This document shows positions 19,451 through 30,129 of a DNA stretch of 62,270 bases, one piece after another (positions within the stretch are counted from its first letter, which is position 1; each line of letters begins with the position of its first letter). Below the pieces are notes generated by a model. That model did not search any database, was not told the DNA's origin, and saw only the letters and a program-made list of their open reading frames with translations. The position numbers and the translations under genes are program-made. This DNA is from an uncultured Bdellovibrionales bacterium. Its GTDB lineage: Bacteria > Patescibacteriota > Minisyncoccia > Moranbacterales > UBA2206. Where the stretch lies: positions 1 through 62,270 of the forward strand of contig CAZIFD010000004.1 in NCBI GenBank assembly GCA_964538685.1. The letters run 5' to 3'.

Positions 19451-19468
19451 AGTTTTTTTTGACTCAGA

Positions 19469-19582
19469 TTAACCTTGTCTTTGTTTATGCTTTGGATTAG
19501 AACAAACCACAAAAAGCTTTCCTTTTCGTTTTACTAACTTGCACTTATCACAAATTTTTTTCACTGATGCTCTTACTTTCAT
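19469..19582 (-). CDS. rpmJ: 50S ribosomal protein L36 (not in ORF track)
   Basis: [37 protein letters not shown]; ATGA overlap with infA. Confidence 0.97.
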   Translation of the reverse strand: MKVRASVKKICDKCKLVKRKGKLFVVCSNPKHKQRQG

Positions 19583-19797
19583 AACCTTTGAGTGATTCTT
19601 CCCTTGGTTAAATCATAGGGACTCATTTCCACCAAGACCCTGTCGCCGGGAATCAATCTTATGTAATTAACTCTCATTCTACCGGAAATATGAGCCAATA
19701 GAGTGTGGCCATTGTCCAGCTTGACTCGGAAAGTAGTACTGGGAAGCACCTCGTCAATAATTCCCTCTAATTTTACCAGTTCCTTATCTTGAGACAT
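19579..19797 (-). CDS. infA: Translation initiation factor IF-1
   Basis: [35 protein letters not shown]. Confidence 0.97.
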   Translation of the reverse strand: MSQDKELVKLEGIIDEVLPSTTFRVKLDNGHTLLAHISGRMRVNYIRLIPGDRVLVEMSPYDLTKGRITQRL

Positions 19798-19964
19798 TTT
19801 AAATTTTAGTTTTAAAAAAAATTAACAAACAAAAAAATAGACGGATTTCGCCAAGGAAAAACCTTGGGAAAATCATTTAGTCCTAATTCTTGAAAATCAG
19901 AGATTCCCTCTATTTGAAAGCCCGTATTCTTTTGTAAATACTCTACCTAGCAATATTAGCGAAC

Positions 19965-21989
19965 TTAATTCAGATTGTCAAGAGAGATAGATACCCGACT
20001 TTCATATATTGGTATTTTTCCAGTAATAAAGGGTGGCCAATACTCAACCGAAGCTTTTTCTATTTCAGAATAGGATTTCAAATAAACTTTAAGCTGTTCT
20101 TCATCTTTCCCCAATATTCCTCTTTTTAAGTTATCCAGATCAATGCTTTCTGCTGTGTTGTAAGTGGCGTGAATTCTGATTATCATTGTTCCGTTATTAA
20201 AATCAACATCTGTTTTTCCAAATTCCAGTTCTACTGAATTTTCACTCAAATTTCCCTTATCTTCACCTTGAGAAATATTGCGACCTATCAAAGAAATTAC
20301 ATTCTTTTTTTCAACAACCAAAGCTTTGACAGATAGTTTCACTTTCAAAGAAAACCTATCGGCAAGCTCGTCAACTGTGACAGAAGATTCATACTGAGCT
20401 TCATCAAAAAAGATTGCTTCATCCGGCAATATGGCGCCATCGCCAATTAATTTCTCCAGTTCTTTTTTTGCTTCCGTCTTGGCTTTTTCCAAAAGTTGAC
20501 TTTTAGCCGTATCAATATCTTTTTGAGCGACTACTTTCATTTCTTCATTACCTGCGCCACCACTTTTCATAGCTTCCGTTGATTTAGCATAAAACTTAGC
20601 ATATTTTTCCGCTCCACTACTTTTGAATCCGGGAATAGTAAATGTAGTCGGTTCAATATTGAAATCTTCTCCCGCTTCATCAGCCACCACTTCCGCTTCT
20701 ATCGTCCCTGGTTCGTTGCCTTTCATTCCCGGAACAGTCACCCCGCTCAACAAACGAAAAATTTTTCCATTTTCACTTAAAAATCTGGTTGTAGCCACCA
20801 ATGGTTGATCCGAGGAAGTATATTCGTTATATATTATTATTTTTCCTTTGGCTTTTTGATTGGAAACCGATTTTGAACCACTTGATGGAAATGTTTCTGA
20901 AATTTCCGCTTCAGCAGAAACTTGACGAGCAGGAATTATTTTGCCGACATAATCAATTTCAGATATATTGGTTTTGGCATTAATTTCAACATCCGTTTCC
21001 CCTGATTGAATCTTGGCATATATTTTGACTGATGCTTTGGGTAAGAATATATAAGCTCCCATAAAAAGCGCTACTAGAATAACCAGACCTCCAAAAAACA
21101 AAAAACCTCGCTTAAACTTTCCGGAAACAGATACCTTCCCATAATCTTCAAATTCATTTCTCTTTTTTTTGGTTTTTTTTATTTGGTTTCCCCATTCTTT
21201 GGCAACAGATTCTTGCGCCAACTTATTTTTGGAAAAAAATTCCTCCAAACGATCTACGCCTTTTTCTTTGGGAATCATTCTTCCCGAAATAATTTCCGGA
21301 GATTTTTTTGGACTTACTGTTTCAATTTCATCATCATTCAACGCAGATCCGTCAAAAGAATATTCTTCGCTCGCGGCATCTACATTCCTAATCATATCCA
21401 AAGAGCTTCGGTTTTTTTTCTTAAACATTTTTACTCCACTTCTAATCTCTTTACTAATATTGGTAACTAACTCTTTATTAGTAATACTTTCAAAATCTTT
21501 TTCCGATTGTTTCTCCGCTTCAACTATCAAATCGTCTTTCTCTCTTGAATTTTCCGAAAAATACTCTGCTGATCCGATTTCAATAATCTTGGATTGATTA
21601 TTTTTTTTCGCTCTGGTTTTTTGACTTTTTTTCTCTTCTTCGGCTTCCTTTTTTTCATCTTCAAAAGCCATTACTTCTTCCAGCCCTTCATCCAACTTCT
21701 GCTGAACCAAAATTCCTGCTTTTTCTATGAGCATTTTTCCCAGTTTATCTTGAGTAACGATCATTATCTGCTTTTTCAAACTATCTGCTTCTTTTTTGAG
21801 CAATTTCAAATTAACAATGCTTTGAATCAAAAGCGCTCGCTTGGGAACCACAATAATCACTTCTTCCGCCTTGGCTTTTCTGATTCTATCCACAATTGAA
21901 GTTATTTCTTCATCTATATCAATATAAAATGTCTGATGCACAGTATTAATTTTAGAATTAAAATTTGAAAATATTTCTCTAATAAACAA
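19965..21989 (-). CDS. Large membrane-anchored hypothetical protein, C-terminal half possibly baseplate-J-like
   Basis: 674 aa; charged low-complexity middle, one TM helix near residue 300, beta-rich C-half (AKGKIIIYN, ATTRF, VTVPG, VVADEAG). Family assignment from recollection, not a search. Confidence 0.6.
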   Translation of the reverse strand: MFIREIFSNFNSKINTVHQTFYIDIDEEITSIVDRIRKAKAEEVIIVVPKRALLIQSIVNLKLLKKEADSLKKQIMIVTQDKLGKMLIEKAGILVQQKLDEGLEEVMAFEDEKKEAEEEKKSQKTRAKKNNQSKIIEIGSAEYFSENSREKDDLIVEAEKQSEKDFESITNKELVTNISKEIRSGVKMFKKKNRSSLDMIRNVDAASEEYSFDGSALNDDEIETVSPKKSPEIISGRMIPKEKGVDRLEEFFSKNKLAQESVAKEWGNQIKKTKKKRNEFEDYGKVSVSGKFKRGFLFFGGLVILVALFMGAYIFLPKASVKIYAKIQSGETDVEINAKTNISEIDYVGKIIPARQVSAEAEISETFPSSGSKSVSNQKAKGKIIIYNEYTSSDQPLVATTRFLSENGKIFRLLSGVTVPGMKGNEPGTIEAEVVADEAGEDFNIEPTTFTIPGFKSSGAEKYAKFYAKSTEAMKSGGAGNEEMKVVAQKDIDTAKSQLLEKAKTEAKKELEKLIGDGAILPDEAIFFDEAQYESSVTVDELADRFSLKVKLSVKALVVEKKNVISLIGRNISQGEDKGNLSENSVELEFGKTDVDFNNGTMIIRIHATYNTAESIDLDNLKRGILGKDEEQLKVYLKSYSEIEKASVEYWPPFITGKIPIYESRVSISLDNLN

Positions 21990-21996
21990 ATTTTTA

Positions 21997-23265
21997 TTAT
22001 TTTTGCATCATCTTGACCGCCCGACGCAAAATTCCGGCCATCATTTTTTCTTCCCCGACTAAATCCAAAACCAAATTGGCCAACCCCATCGGAGTAATGT
22101 CTTGAGGATCCTTAAGCTCTCTAGTTTCATCAATTATATTGGCTACATCCTTGGGTTGCAAGAAGCTCACCTGAGGAGATTTGGCAAAAGGTAAATTTTT
22201 AATCCACCGTGGAGAATTGAGAGCTTTTTTAATTCCAGGCAAACCGGAGCCTCCACCACAAAGAAATAATTTATGTGGCAAAAGATCGGAATCAGAAAAT
22301 TCACCAAGAGCCAATTCCACACCCGAAAGCCAAACACTGCAATCATCTTCCAAAATTTTTTCAATTTTCATTGTTACTTCTTTTCCGAGACGCCCTTCCG
22401 CGTACTTTATTTTTAACCTTTCAGCTTCGTCAAAGTTGATTCCCAATTCTTGCGCCAGTCTTTTAGTAAAAGCTCTGCCACCCAACGCAAACATCTTAGT
22501 TCCTTCCAATCCGCCATTTCGCACTACGGCAATATCAGTCGTTCCGCCTCCAATGTCAATAAAAACAGCACTGAAATCTAAGGCATCGTCAATTCCCATT
22601 GATCGCGCTACTGCATACGGTTCAGCCGCAATATTCAAAAGATCCAATTTCAATTCATCAGCAATACTTTGAAGAGCTCCCAGATGAATCATCGGTGCAT
22701 AAGCGTTAAAAACTGAAATAGAAACATCTTTTCCTTGAAACCCGATTGGATTAGTCACTCTATAACCGTCAATCCGAACATCAACAATTGCTGCATTAAT
22801 AAGCTTAACTTCAATTTCACTGTGTCCCGTCTCCCACGCCAATTGCTGGCGGATTCTATCAAAAGCTTTCCATTGAACTTTTTGAATGATATTTTTGAGT
22901 TCCGGCAAATCAATTCTTTGTTCCGTCCGAATTCTTTCATAATGAACTGTGGTCGTCGTACCCTTCACCAATTCCCCGGCAATTCCAATTATGGCTTTTT
23001 CCACTTTTTTAATTCCAGCCATTTGTTTGGCAATCTCAATCGCCCGTCTGGAATTTTCAATCACACCAGCAATGTTGGCCACTGCTCCGCTTTGCATATC
23101 AGCAAGTCCTTGTTTGGCGCGCCCAACTCCCTTGACAATTCCATTGCCTGTTTCTTTGTTAATCTTAAAAACAAGAGCTTTCACTACTTCTGTTCCGATA
23201 TCCAGCGACAAAAGATAATCTGATGAAGTATGATTAAAACCTAAAATTTTGGAAAAAATTCCCAT
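21997..23265 (-). CDS. FtsA-like actin-fold ATPase
   Basis: LDIGTEVVK, AEPYA, IDIGGGTTD, LCGGGSG actin-family motifs. Confidence 0.85.
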   Translation of the reverse strand: MGIFSKILGFNHTSSDYLLSLDIGTEVVKALVFKINKETGNGIVKGVGRAKQGLADMQSGAVANIAGVIENSRRAIEIAKQMAGIKKVEKAIIGIAGELVKGTTTTVHYERIRTEQRIDLPELKNIIQKVQWKAFDRIRQQLAWETGHSEIEVKLINAAIVDVRIDGYRVTNPIGFQGKDVSISVFNAYAPMIHLGALQSIADELKLDLLNIAAEPYAVARSMGIDDALDFSAVFIDIGGGTTDIAVVRNGGLEGTKMFALGGRAFTKRLAQELGINFDEAERLKIKYAEGRLGKEVTMKIEKILEDDCSVWLSGVELALGEFSDSDLLPHKLFLCGGGSGLPGIKKALNSPRWIKNLPFAKSPQVSFLQPKDVANIIDETRELKDPQDITPMGLANLVLDLVGEEKMMAGILRRAVKMMQK

Positions 23266-23371
23266 TCCTTAATCGTTTTTATTTTTAGTTTTCTTGTTTG
23301 ATTATATAACAAAAAGCTTTTTATGACAAAACAAACGCACTTATTTTAGACATTTTTTAATACTAAACAAA

Positions 23372-25261
23372 CTATTCCAAAACCGCCTTTATTCTTCGCA
23401 CTCCAGCACTTGAAGATTCTTCTTTTTTAATTCTAAAGTGACCCAACTCTCCGGTATTTTCCGTATGCGGACCGCCACAAATTTCCCGACTGAAAGCCAG
23501 ACCTCCTTGGGCGGATTCCAAGCCAATTGTGTACACTTTCACTTTTTCGCCATATTTTGATTCAAAAACTCCCATCGCTCCTTGAGCCTTAGCTTCATCC
23601 AAAGTCATTTCTTCACAAATTACCGGCAAATTTTTTTCAATTTGTTCATTAACCAGTCTTTCCACTTCTCGCTTTTCCTCATCTGTCATTTTTTCGTTAT
23701 GTGAAAAATCAAATCTGAGTCTTTCTGATGTAATATTGGATCCTTTCTGCACTACATGATCACCTAAAACTTTTCGGAGAGCCGCCAAAAGCAAATGAGC
23801 CGTTGTGTGAAGTTTGGTTGTTTCTTTCCCGGCATCAGCAAGTCCACCCTTAAACATTCCGGCTGAAGCCGTTCTTGAAAGCTCTTGATGTTTTTTAAGC
23901 CTATCATTAAAATCATCCAGTATCTTACTATTAATATATACTATTTCCCTCTTGTCTAATTCCTCGAAAAACATTTCTATAGGGAATCCGTATGTTTGAT
24001 ATAAATCAAAAGCCATATCACCATTTACAACATACATTATTTCACTATCATTCTTATTTTTTTCTCTTACAAATAATTCTAATTTATCAAATTCCCTCAA
24101 TCCTTTTTCCAAAGTCTTTCTGAATTTTTCTTCTTCTTTTTGAATTTCATCTAAAATCAATTGTTGATTGTCTTTCAGTTCTTTATAAAAATCACCGTAA
24201 TTTTTAATCACTGTTTCGGCAATCTGAGAAGTAAAGTTATTTTCAATTCCCAAAATTTTTCCGTGTCGCACCGCTCTGCGAATAAGCCGACGCAGAATGT
24301 ATCCGCGATCGGTGTTTCCCGGCAAAACTCCGTCTGCCAACATAAAAACGGTCGCTCGCAAATGATCGGCAATAATTCTGAAAGATTTTGTCAGATCGTT
24401 TTCTTCATATTTTTTCCCGGAAAGCTCGGAAATATTTTCAAGGATTGGCTGAAAAAGTTCGGTTTCAAACACATTTCCCTTGCCAGAAAGAACCGTCAGC
24501 GTCCTTTCCAGTCCCATTCCTGTATCCACATTTTGTTTGGCCAGTTTTTCATAATTTCCCTCCGAAGTTTTGTTAAACTCCATAAAAACATCATTCCAAA
24601 TTTCAATCAAACGAAAATTGTCAACCAAGTCAGAAAATTTTCCTGTTATTTCTCCTTCTTCCGGTCGCGTATCGTAAAACATTTCAGTATCTCCTCCACA
24701 AGGTCCGGTTACACCAGCAATCCAAAAATTATCGTCCACCCCGAGCGGAATAATTCTGACATTGTCTTCAATAATTTCATCTTCTCCCGCCACCGCCACA
24801 TCCATTCCAGCCATTTCCTTGAAAACTTTTTTCCAAATTTGAATAGCTTCTTCGTCTCGCGGAATTCCATCTTCACCCTTGAAAGTCGTTACGAAAAGCT
24901 TTTTTGGATCAAGACCCAAACCATTTTCTTTGTCAATCAAAAATTCAAAGCTCCACTCAATCGCCTCTTTTTTGAAATAATCTCCAAAACTCCAATTCCC
25001 CAGCATTTCAAAAAAAGTCAGATGGCGATTATCGCCTACATCTTCAATATCGCCTGTTCGTACACATTTCTGTACATTAGCCACTCTACTCCCTCCAGGA
25101 TGCTTTTCTCCCATTAAATAAGGCACTAAGGGATGCATTCCAGCCGTCGTAAAAAGCGTAGAAGCGTCATTCTCCGGCACCAAAGAAGCACTAGGCAAAA
25201 TTGTATGCCCCTTTGATTCCATAAAACGCAAAAATTTTTCTCGCAACTCTTTAGCTGTCAT
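23372..25261 (-). CDS. alaS: Alanine--tRNA ligase lacking C-Ala domain
   Basis: FTTAGMHP, HLTFFEMLGN, DTGMGLER, editing HTTAH...CGGPH, ends at GVRRIKAV. Confidence 0.95.
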   Translation of the reverse strand: MTAKELREKFLRFMESKGHTILPSASLVPENDASTLFTTAGMHPLVPYLMGEKHPGGSRVANVQKCVRTGDIEDVGDNRHLTFFEMLGNWSFGDYFKKEAIEWSFEFLIDKENGLGLDPKKLFVTTFKGEDGIPRDEEAIQIWKKVFKEMAGMDVAVAGEDEIIEDNVRIIPLGVDDNFWIAGVTGPCGGDTEMFYDTRPEEGEITGKFSDLVDNFRLIEIWNDVFMEFNKTSEGNYEKLAKQNVDTGMGLERTLTVLSGKGNVFETELFQPILENISELSGKKYEENDLTKSFRIIADHLRATVFMLADGVLPGNTDRGYILRRLIRRAVRHGKILGIENNFTSQIAETVIKNYGDFYKELKDNQQLILDEIQKEEEKFRKTLEKGLREFDKLELFVREKNKNDSEIMYVVNGDMAFDLYQTYGFPIEMFFEELDKREIVYINSKILDDFNDRLKKHQELSRTASAGMFKGGLADAGKETTKLHTTAHLLLAALRKVLGDHVVQKGSNITSERLRFDFSHNEKMTDEEKREVERLVNEQIEKNLPVICEEMTLDEAKAQGAMGVFESKYGEKVKVYTIGLESAQGGLAFSREICGGPHTENTGELGHFRIKKEESSSAGVRRIKAVLE

Positions 25262-25272
25262 AGAATAATTAA

Positions 25273-25551
25273 CTAAGAAATTTTTACACTGTCAATAACC
25301 GTTCTTAAAATTTTTTTTATTTCAAAATCCTCCATGTCAATCTCTAATTTTCCATTCATACTATCCATTTCACTGGCAATATTGGAAACTATTTGATGCA
25401 ATCTTCGTTCCAATTCACCAACTTTTCTTTTTTGAATAGCTATTTCCCTTTCAATTGATTGTTTATCTTGTCCTTCTTTCCCCTGCAAAGCTTCTTGGAA
25501 AAATTTGTCCTCAATAACCTTGGACAGATCCGACTTAATTGATACTTGCAT
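25273..25551 (-). CDS. Hypothetical coiled-coil protein
   Basis: 92 aa ORF co-oriented with neighbours. Confidence 0.65.
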   Translation of the reverse strand: MQVSIKSDLSKVIEDKFFQEALQGKEGQDKQSIEREIAIQKRKVGELERRLHQIVSNIASEMDSMNGKLEIDMEDFEIKKILRTVIDSVKIS

Positions 25552-25578
25552 ATTTTTTAGATTAAAAAATTAATAAAA

Positions 25579-25863
25579 TTAGAATCCGCTCATTGTGTTT
25601 ATTTCTTTCTTGAGTTTTTTTGTTTGATTCTCCGCTTCAATTATTTCACTTTCCAATTTCTTAAATTTTTCTTTTGCTTCCTGAAATTCCATTGTTGCCC
25701 TCTCAAGGTCCTTTCTTTTTCTTCTAATTTCAACTTCCAAATCCTGCTTTTGTCTTTCCATTTTCCGAAGGTCGGATTCAAGCATAGCCAGCTCATTTTG
25801 AAGAGCGTGTTTTTTGACACTGGAATTTTGATTGCCTGAATTGGGATCGCTATATTGATACAT
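25579..25863 (-). CDS. Hypothetical coiled-coil protein
   Basis: 94 aa, heptad-rich. Confidence 0.65.
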   Translation of the reverse strand: MYQYSDPNSGNQNSSVKKHALQNELAMLESDLRKMERQKQDLEVEIRRKRKDLERATMEFQEAKEKFKKLESEIIEAENQTKKLKKEINTMSGF

Positions 25864-25873
25864 TTTATATTTC

Positions 25874-26938
25874 TTAATCTTTAATAATTCCCCCTCCCAA
25901 AACTTCTCCTTGAGAAGAAAAAAATACTGCCGATTGACCCGAAGCTATTCCTGATTGCAATTTTTCAAAGACAATATTTGTTCCTCCGGCACTATCTTCG
26001 CTTATTATAGCAGAAATTGGTTTTTGTTGATACCTAATTCTAATCAAAGCCTGATAAGGAAATTTTGGCTTTTCCAAAATCCAATGAACTTTTTCAATTT
26101 CAATTTTCCTTTTTAAAAAATTGGTTGCCACTTTTTCATTGGAAACAAGCAAAAAATTATTATTGAAATCTTTAGCTACCACAAAATATGGTCCGACACC
26201 TCCGATATTAATTCCTTTTCTTTGTCCAATAGTATAAAATGACAATCCTTGGTGCTCCCCGATTTCTTCGCCTTTTTCATTGATTATTTTTCCCTTTTTA
26301 GAAAAAATATTAGCTTCCAGAAACTTTCTAGTATTATTTTTTTTCAAAAAACAAATATCTTGAGACTCTTTCTTTTCCAGAAAATCCAATCCGAACTTTT
26401 GAGCTATTTTTTTTACTTCAATTTTTTTTAATTCTCCCAAAGGAAAGATTAATTTTGACAGCTCTTTTTGATTCAAGGTGTAAAGAAAATACGATTGATC
26501 CTTGATCTCGTCAAAACCTTGCCACAAATTAAATCTCGGTTTTTTACCGCGGATTCTGGCATAATGACCGGTTGCCACCCAGTCAGCTTTTTGCTTTTTC
26601 ATTTCCTCAAAAAGCACTTTTAATTTAAATTTTTTATTGCAAAAAACGCAAGGATTGGGAGTGCGACCGGATGAATATTCATTTAAAAAATAACCAACCA
26701 CTTCTTTTTTAAACTCCTTTTGAACATCAATGATTTTCAAATCAATTCTGAGCTTATTAGCCACTCGTTTAACATCCCGCAAAGAATCTTTGTCGGAAAG
26801 ACCCTTTTCTTTCCAAAGACGCAAAAAAACACCCCTAACCTCAAATCCTTGCTCCCTAAGAAGAATTGCCGCCACCGAAGAATCTATGCCACCAGACATA
26901 CCTAATATAATTTTCTTTCTTTTTTCTTGATTTTGCAT
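25874..26938 (-). CDS. mnmA: tRNA 2-thiouridylase MnmA
   Basis: MSGGIDSS, TPNPCVFCN, ATGHYAR, KDQSYFL, ESQDICF, GQSAVF. Confidence 0.95.
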   Translation of the reverse strand: MQNQEKRKKIILGMSGGIDSSVAAILLREQGFEVRGVFLRLWKEKGLSDKDSLRDVKRVANKLRIDLKIIDVQKEFKKEVVGYFLNEYSSGRTPNPCVFCNKKFKLKVLFEEMKKQKADWVATGHYARIRGKKPRFNLWQGFDEIKDQSYFLYTLNQKELSKLIFPLGELKKIEVKKIAQKFGLDFLEKKESQDICFLKKNNTRKFLEANIFSKKGKIINEKGEEIGEHQGLSFYTIGQRKGINIGGVGPYFVVAKDFNNNFLLVSNEKVATNFLKRKIEIEKVHWILEKPKFPYQALIRIRYQQKPISAIISEDSAGGTNIVFEKLQSGIASGQSAVFFSSQGEVLGGGIIKD

Positions 26939-26993
26939 ATTCTCCTATTCTTTAGCAATAAAAAAACAAAAAAGCAACCCCCTGATCGCTTTT

Positions 26994-28811
26994 TTATCTA
27001 TCAAGACTTTTACCCTTGAATTTCTTCGGACCAATGTACTGAATCTGGGAAAGACTGATTGGCTTTTCCTTGGAAACAAAAGTTTGAGAAATTATTTGTT
27101 GATTTTCTTTATTTTCAATTTTTGTTGCTTTGTTTGAGTTCTGTTTTTCTTGCTTTTTTTCTTCTTGAATTTGTTTCTTTTTTTCTTGAAGCCGTTGATA
27201 ATCCTTAAGACACTCCCTACAAAAGGCCGGTTTTTTTGGATCAGGCTTAAAAGGAACCCAGATTTCTTCTTCGCAAGTATCGCAAACAGCAAAATAAAGA
27301 GTTCTGCCATTATCATCAATTTTGGTTTTTGATTCTTGTTGACCCGAAGCAACAACTTCATTTTCAGAAATGTTTGGCGTGTTTTCTGCCAACTTTTTTT
27401 TCTCTTGAATTGATTCTGGTTGTTTATTTTTAGAAACAAAAATTTTCTTTGCCGGTTTTGAAAGATCCTTGTTTGGCAATTGGACTGATTCTGAAAAAGA
27501 TTCGCTTTTTCCTTCTCTGAAGACTTCTATCCCGCTCCAGCGAGAAATTTTTTCTTCTACGCTTTCTCTGGATTTTCCATATCTCTCCCGAGAGCTGTTT
27601 ATTACTTTTTCTTCATTCTCCATCGTATCCGTTAAATCAGCCGGCGGAAGTGTAGTGGCTGAAAAAGCATCGCCGGCTATTCCATCTATCATTAGCTTCA
27701 AGTAAATGTGATATTTTTCCAGATTGACAATGTCGTTCATTAGAAACACCGGGTCAAATTCCTTTTCCAAATGTTCCGCATCTTCCGCTCCCACCCGAAA
27801 AGAAACCATTGTTCCAACATTACCAAAAACCGCATCTCTAACCGTAGTATTGCCGTCAAAAACCAATTGATTAATGTACTGATGAGCTAAGATCAAATTG
27901 AGACGATATTTTCTGGCTTCTGATAAAATATTAGCAAAAGATTCCGTGGCAAAATTTTGAAATTCATCCACATATAAATAAAAATCGCTTCTGTCTTTTT
28001 CTTCCATTTCCACTCTTCCCATAGCCGCCAACTGAATTTTAGTAATTATCATTCCACCCAAAAGCCTCATTGAATCTTCTCCGATTTTTCCTTTGGACAA
28101 ATTGACAATCAATATTTTTTGATTATCCATAATGTCTCGCATATCAATAGTTGACTTGGGTTGCCCGACAATATGGCGAATAACGGAAGAAGATAGGAAT
28201 TGACCCACTTTGTTTTGAATAGCCGCTACTGCTTCTTTTCTAAAGCGGTCTTCCCATTGATCAAATTCATTAATCCAAAAAGATTTAACCACTGGATCTT
28301 TAATTTTTCCATAGACTCTTTTTCTGAAATCCTTGTCAAACATCATCCGATTCACTCCCAGCATAGTTGATCCGGGATAATCCAAAAGAGCCAAAATCGT
28401 ATTGTTAAGAATATACTCCATTCTAGCGCTCCAAACATCCGGCCAAATCTTTTTAAACACTCCCATCATCCCTGATGCCACTAAGTTCTTTTTATCCTCC
28501 GCCACCGATTCTAAAATATTAAAAGCTATCGGAAATTCACTGTCAGCCGGATTAAAATAAATTACATCATTAATACGATTGCTCGGAACCGCTCTCAACA
28601 TTTTTTCCGCAAATTCTCCATGAGGATCAACCACACAAACCCCTTCGCCATTTCTGATGTCCTGTATGGCCATATTTTCCAACATATTGGATTTTCCCAT
28701 TCCGGTCTTTCCGATCATATACATATGTCTCCGACGATCATCCCGTTTGATTCCGAAAATCCGCTCCTGATTTCTGAAATTGGTTTTAGCAAAAAAATTT
28801 ATATCGTTCAT
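26994..28811 (-). CDS. VirB4/TraG/HerA-like P-loop ATPase with C-terminal CxxC-x17-CxxC domain
   Basis: Walker A GKTGMGKS, VVDPHGE, Walker B YVDEFQ, RKY, CDTC...CREC. Confidence 0.85.
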   Translation of the reverse strand: MNDINFFAKTNFRNQERIFGIKRDDRRRHMYMIGKTGMGKSNMLENMAIQDIRNGEGVCVVDPHGEFAEKMLRAVPSNRINDVIYFNPADSEFPIAFNILESVAEDKKNLVASGMMGVFKKIWPDVWSARMEYILNNTILALLDYPGSTMLGVNRMMFDKDFRKRVYGKIKDPVVKSFWINEFDQWEDRFRKEAVAAIQNKVGQFLSSSVIRHIVGQPKSTIDMRDIMDNQKILIVNLSKGKIGEDSMRLLGGMIITKIQLAAMGRVEMEEKDRSDFYLYVDEFQNFATESFANILSEARKYRLNLILAHQYINQLVFDGNTTVRDAVFGNVGTMVSFRVGAEDAEHLEKEFDPVFLMNDIVNLEKYHIYLKLMIDGIAGDAFSATTLPPADLTDTMENEEKVINSSRERYGKSRESVEEKISRWSGIEVFREGKSESFSESVQLPNKDLSKPAKKIFVSKNKQPESIQEKKKLAENTPNISENEVVASGQQESKTKIDDNGRTLYFAVCDTCEEEIWVPFKPDPKKPAFCRECLKDYQRLQEKKKQIQEEKKQEKQNSNKATKIENKENQQIISQTFVSKEKPISLSQIQYIGPKKFKGKSLDR

Positions 28812-28831
28812 TTTTTATTTAAAAATGTTTC

Positions 28832-30094
28832 TTATTGAATTGGCAAATTAAACGGAGCTGTTCCTCGCTTGGAATCCACCCTGGAAACCGACGGACTTTT
28901 AACATCCATATCCGGAAAATGAAAAAGGGTCGCTAATTCCCGAACTGATAAAGTAATATTAACCCCATCCATACTTCTATCTTTGTATCTTTGATAAATC
29001 AACCGTTTTCTAAAAGATGACCGTGAATCTTTGAAAACATAATTAGCATAAGTCTTGCTCTTGTCGTTTGGCTTAAAATTATTAAGATTTAAATCATTAA
29101 ATTGTTTGAAAGCTCCCATAAAAGAAGAAACGAAAGATTTTTGAAAATTCTCTTTTCTTCCCAAATAAAGCACCCTCACTTTGGTTTTAAAATGATTGAA
29201 GCCCAAATTTTCCTCCACCGCTTTCAGAACTTCTTTTTCCACCGGCGTCAAACGAAATTCCAAAGGGGCCTGTTCGGCCTTAGCTGACCCAGCGAATTCC
29301 ACCGGTCCCAAAAATCCTTTTGGGACACTTTTTAAAACATCAGCAATATGGGAAAAAGCGCTTTTGCTTTCCGCCACCCCTCTACCTGCCAATTCCTGAA
29401 TTACTTTAATTTCATCTTTTTTCCAACCTTCACCCAATGGTTCAATCACATATTGAAGCCAGATATGTTGATTTGGTGGCAAAGATCCAAAAACTTCTGT
29501 TATCCCTCCAACCGGATCAATCATCCTGCCAGTAATGTCTTCTTCAAATTTTTCATAAGTTTTGATTGGATAGGCGTCTGGCATTAAAAACTCCATATCC
29601 GCTCCCCACAAATCCCAGTTTTTGTTAGGTATGGTTTTTGGAAATTTTTTAGTATAATCCTCAACTTCTATTATTTCCGATTCCGGATATTGAGCATAAA
29701 TTTGAGCTTCAATTAAATTTCTGAATTGTTTTTGAGTTCTGATATAAAAATGCACTCTTCCCTCTTCACCTACCATCTCTAACGAAAAACGATGAGTAAA
29801 CGCCCCTTTAAGGTACACATCGAAAGTATTGTAAGTTGTTAAAATTCCTGCCATTGACCAAAATAGTGGCTCCATTAATTTGGGACTTTTTTCAATTTCC
29901 CGAGGAGGAATAACCTCCAAAACCGTCCATTCCAATCCAGATAACCAAGAAAATTTAGACTTGGCTATCACAAAATCCATCCAAAGAAATTTGAAAACAT
30001 AAAAAAAAGCTATTGGAAAAATTATCCACCCCAGATAGTGAATCACTGTTCCAATAGCTTCAAAATACGCAAACATTCCCAAGACACTTTCCAT
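28832..30094 (-). CDS. Conserved hypothetical membrane-anchored protein, partner of the ATPase
   Basis: 420 aa, N-terminal TM, FSLEMVG, QIYAQYP, ELATLFHFP. Confidence 0.7.
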   Translation of the reverse strand: MESVLGMFAYFEAIGTVIHYLGWIIFPIAFFYVFKFLWMDFVIAKSKFSWLSGLEWTVLEVIPPREIEKSPKLMEPLFWSMAGILTTYNTFDVYLKGAFTHRFSLEMVGEEGRVHFYIRTQKQFRNLIEAQIYAQYPESEIIEVEDYTKKFPKTIPNKNWDLWGADMEFLMPDAYPIKTYEKFEEDITGRMIDPVGGITEVFGSLPPNQHIWLQYVIEPLGEGWKKDEIKVIQELAGRGVAESKSAFSHIADVLKSVPKGFLGPVEFAGSAKAEQAPLEFRLTPVEKEVLKAVEENLGFNHFKTKVRVLYLGRKENFQKSFVSSFMGAFKQFNDLNLNNFKPNDKSKTYANYVFKDSRSSFRKRLIYQRYKDRSMDGVNITLSVRELATLFHFPDMDVKSPSVSRVDSKRGTAPFNLPIQ

Positions 30095-30129
30095 TTTTGT
30101 TTTAGCTAATTTTTTTAACCCTTCAAAAA

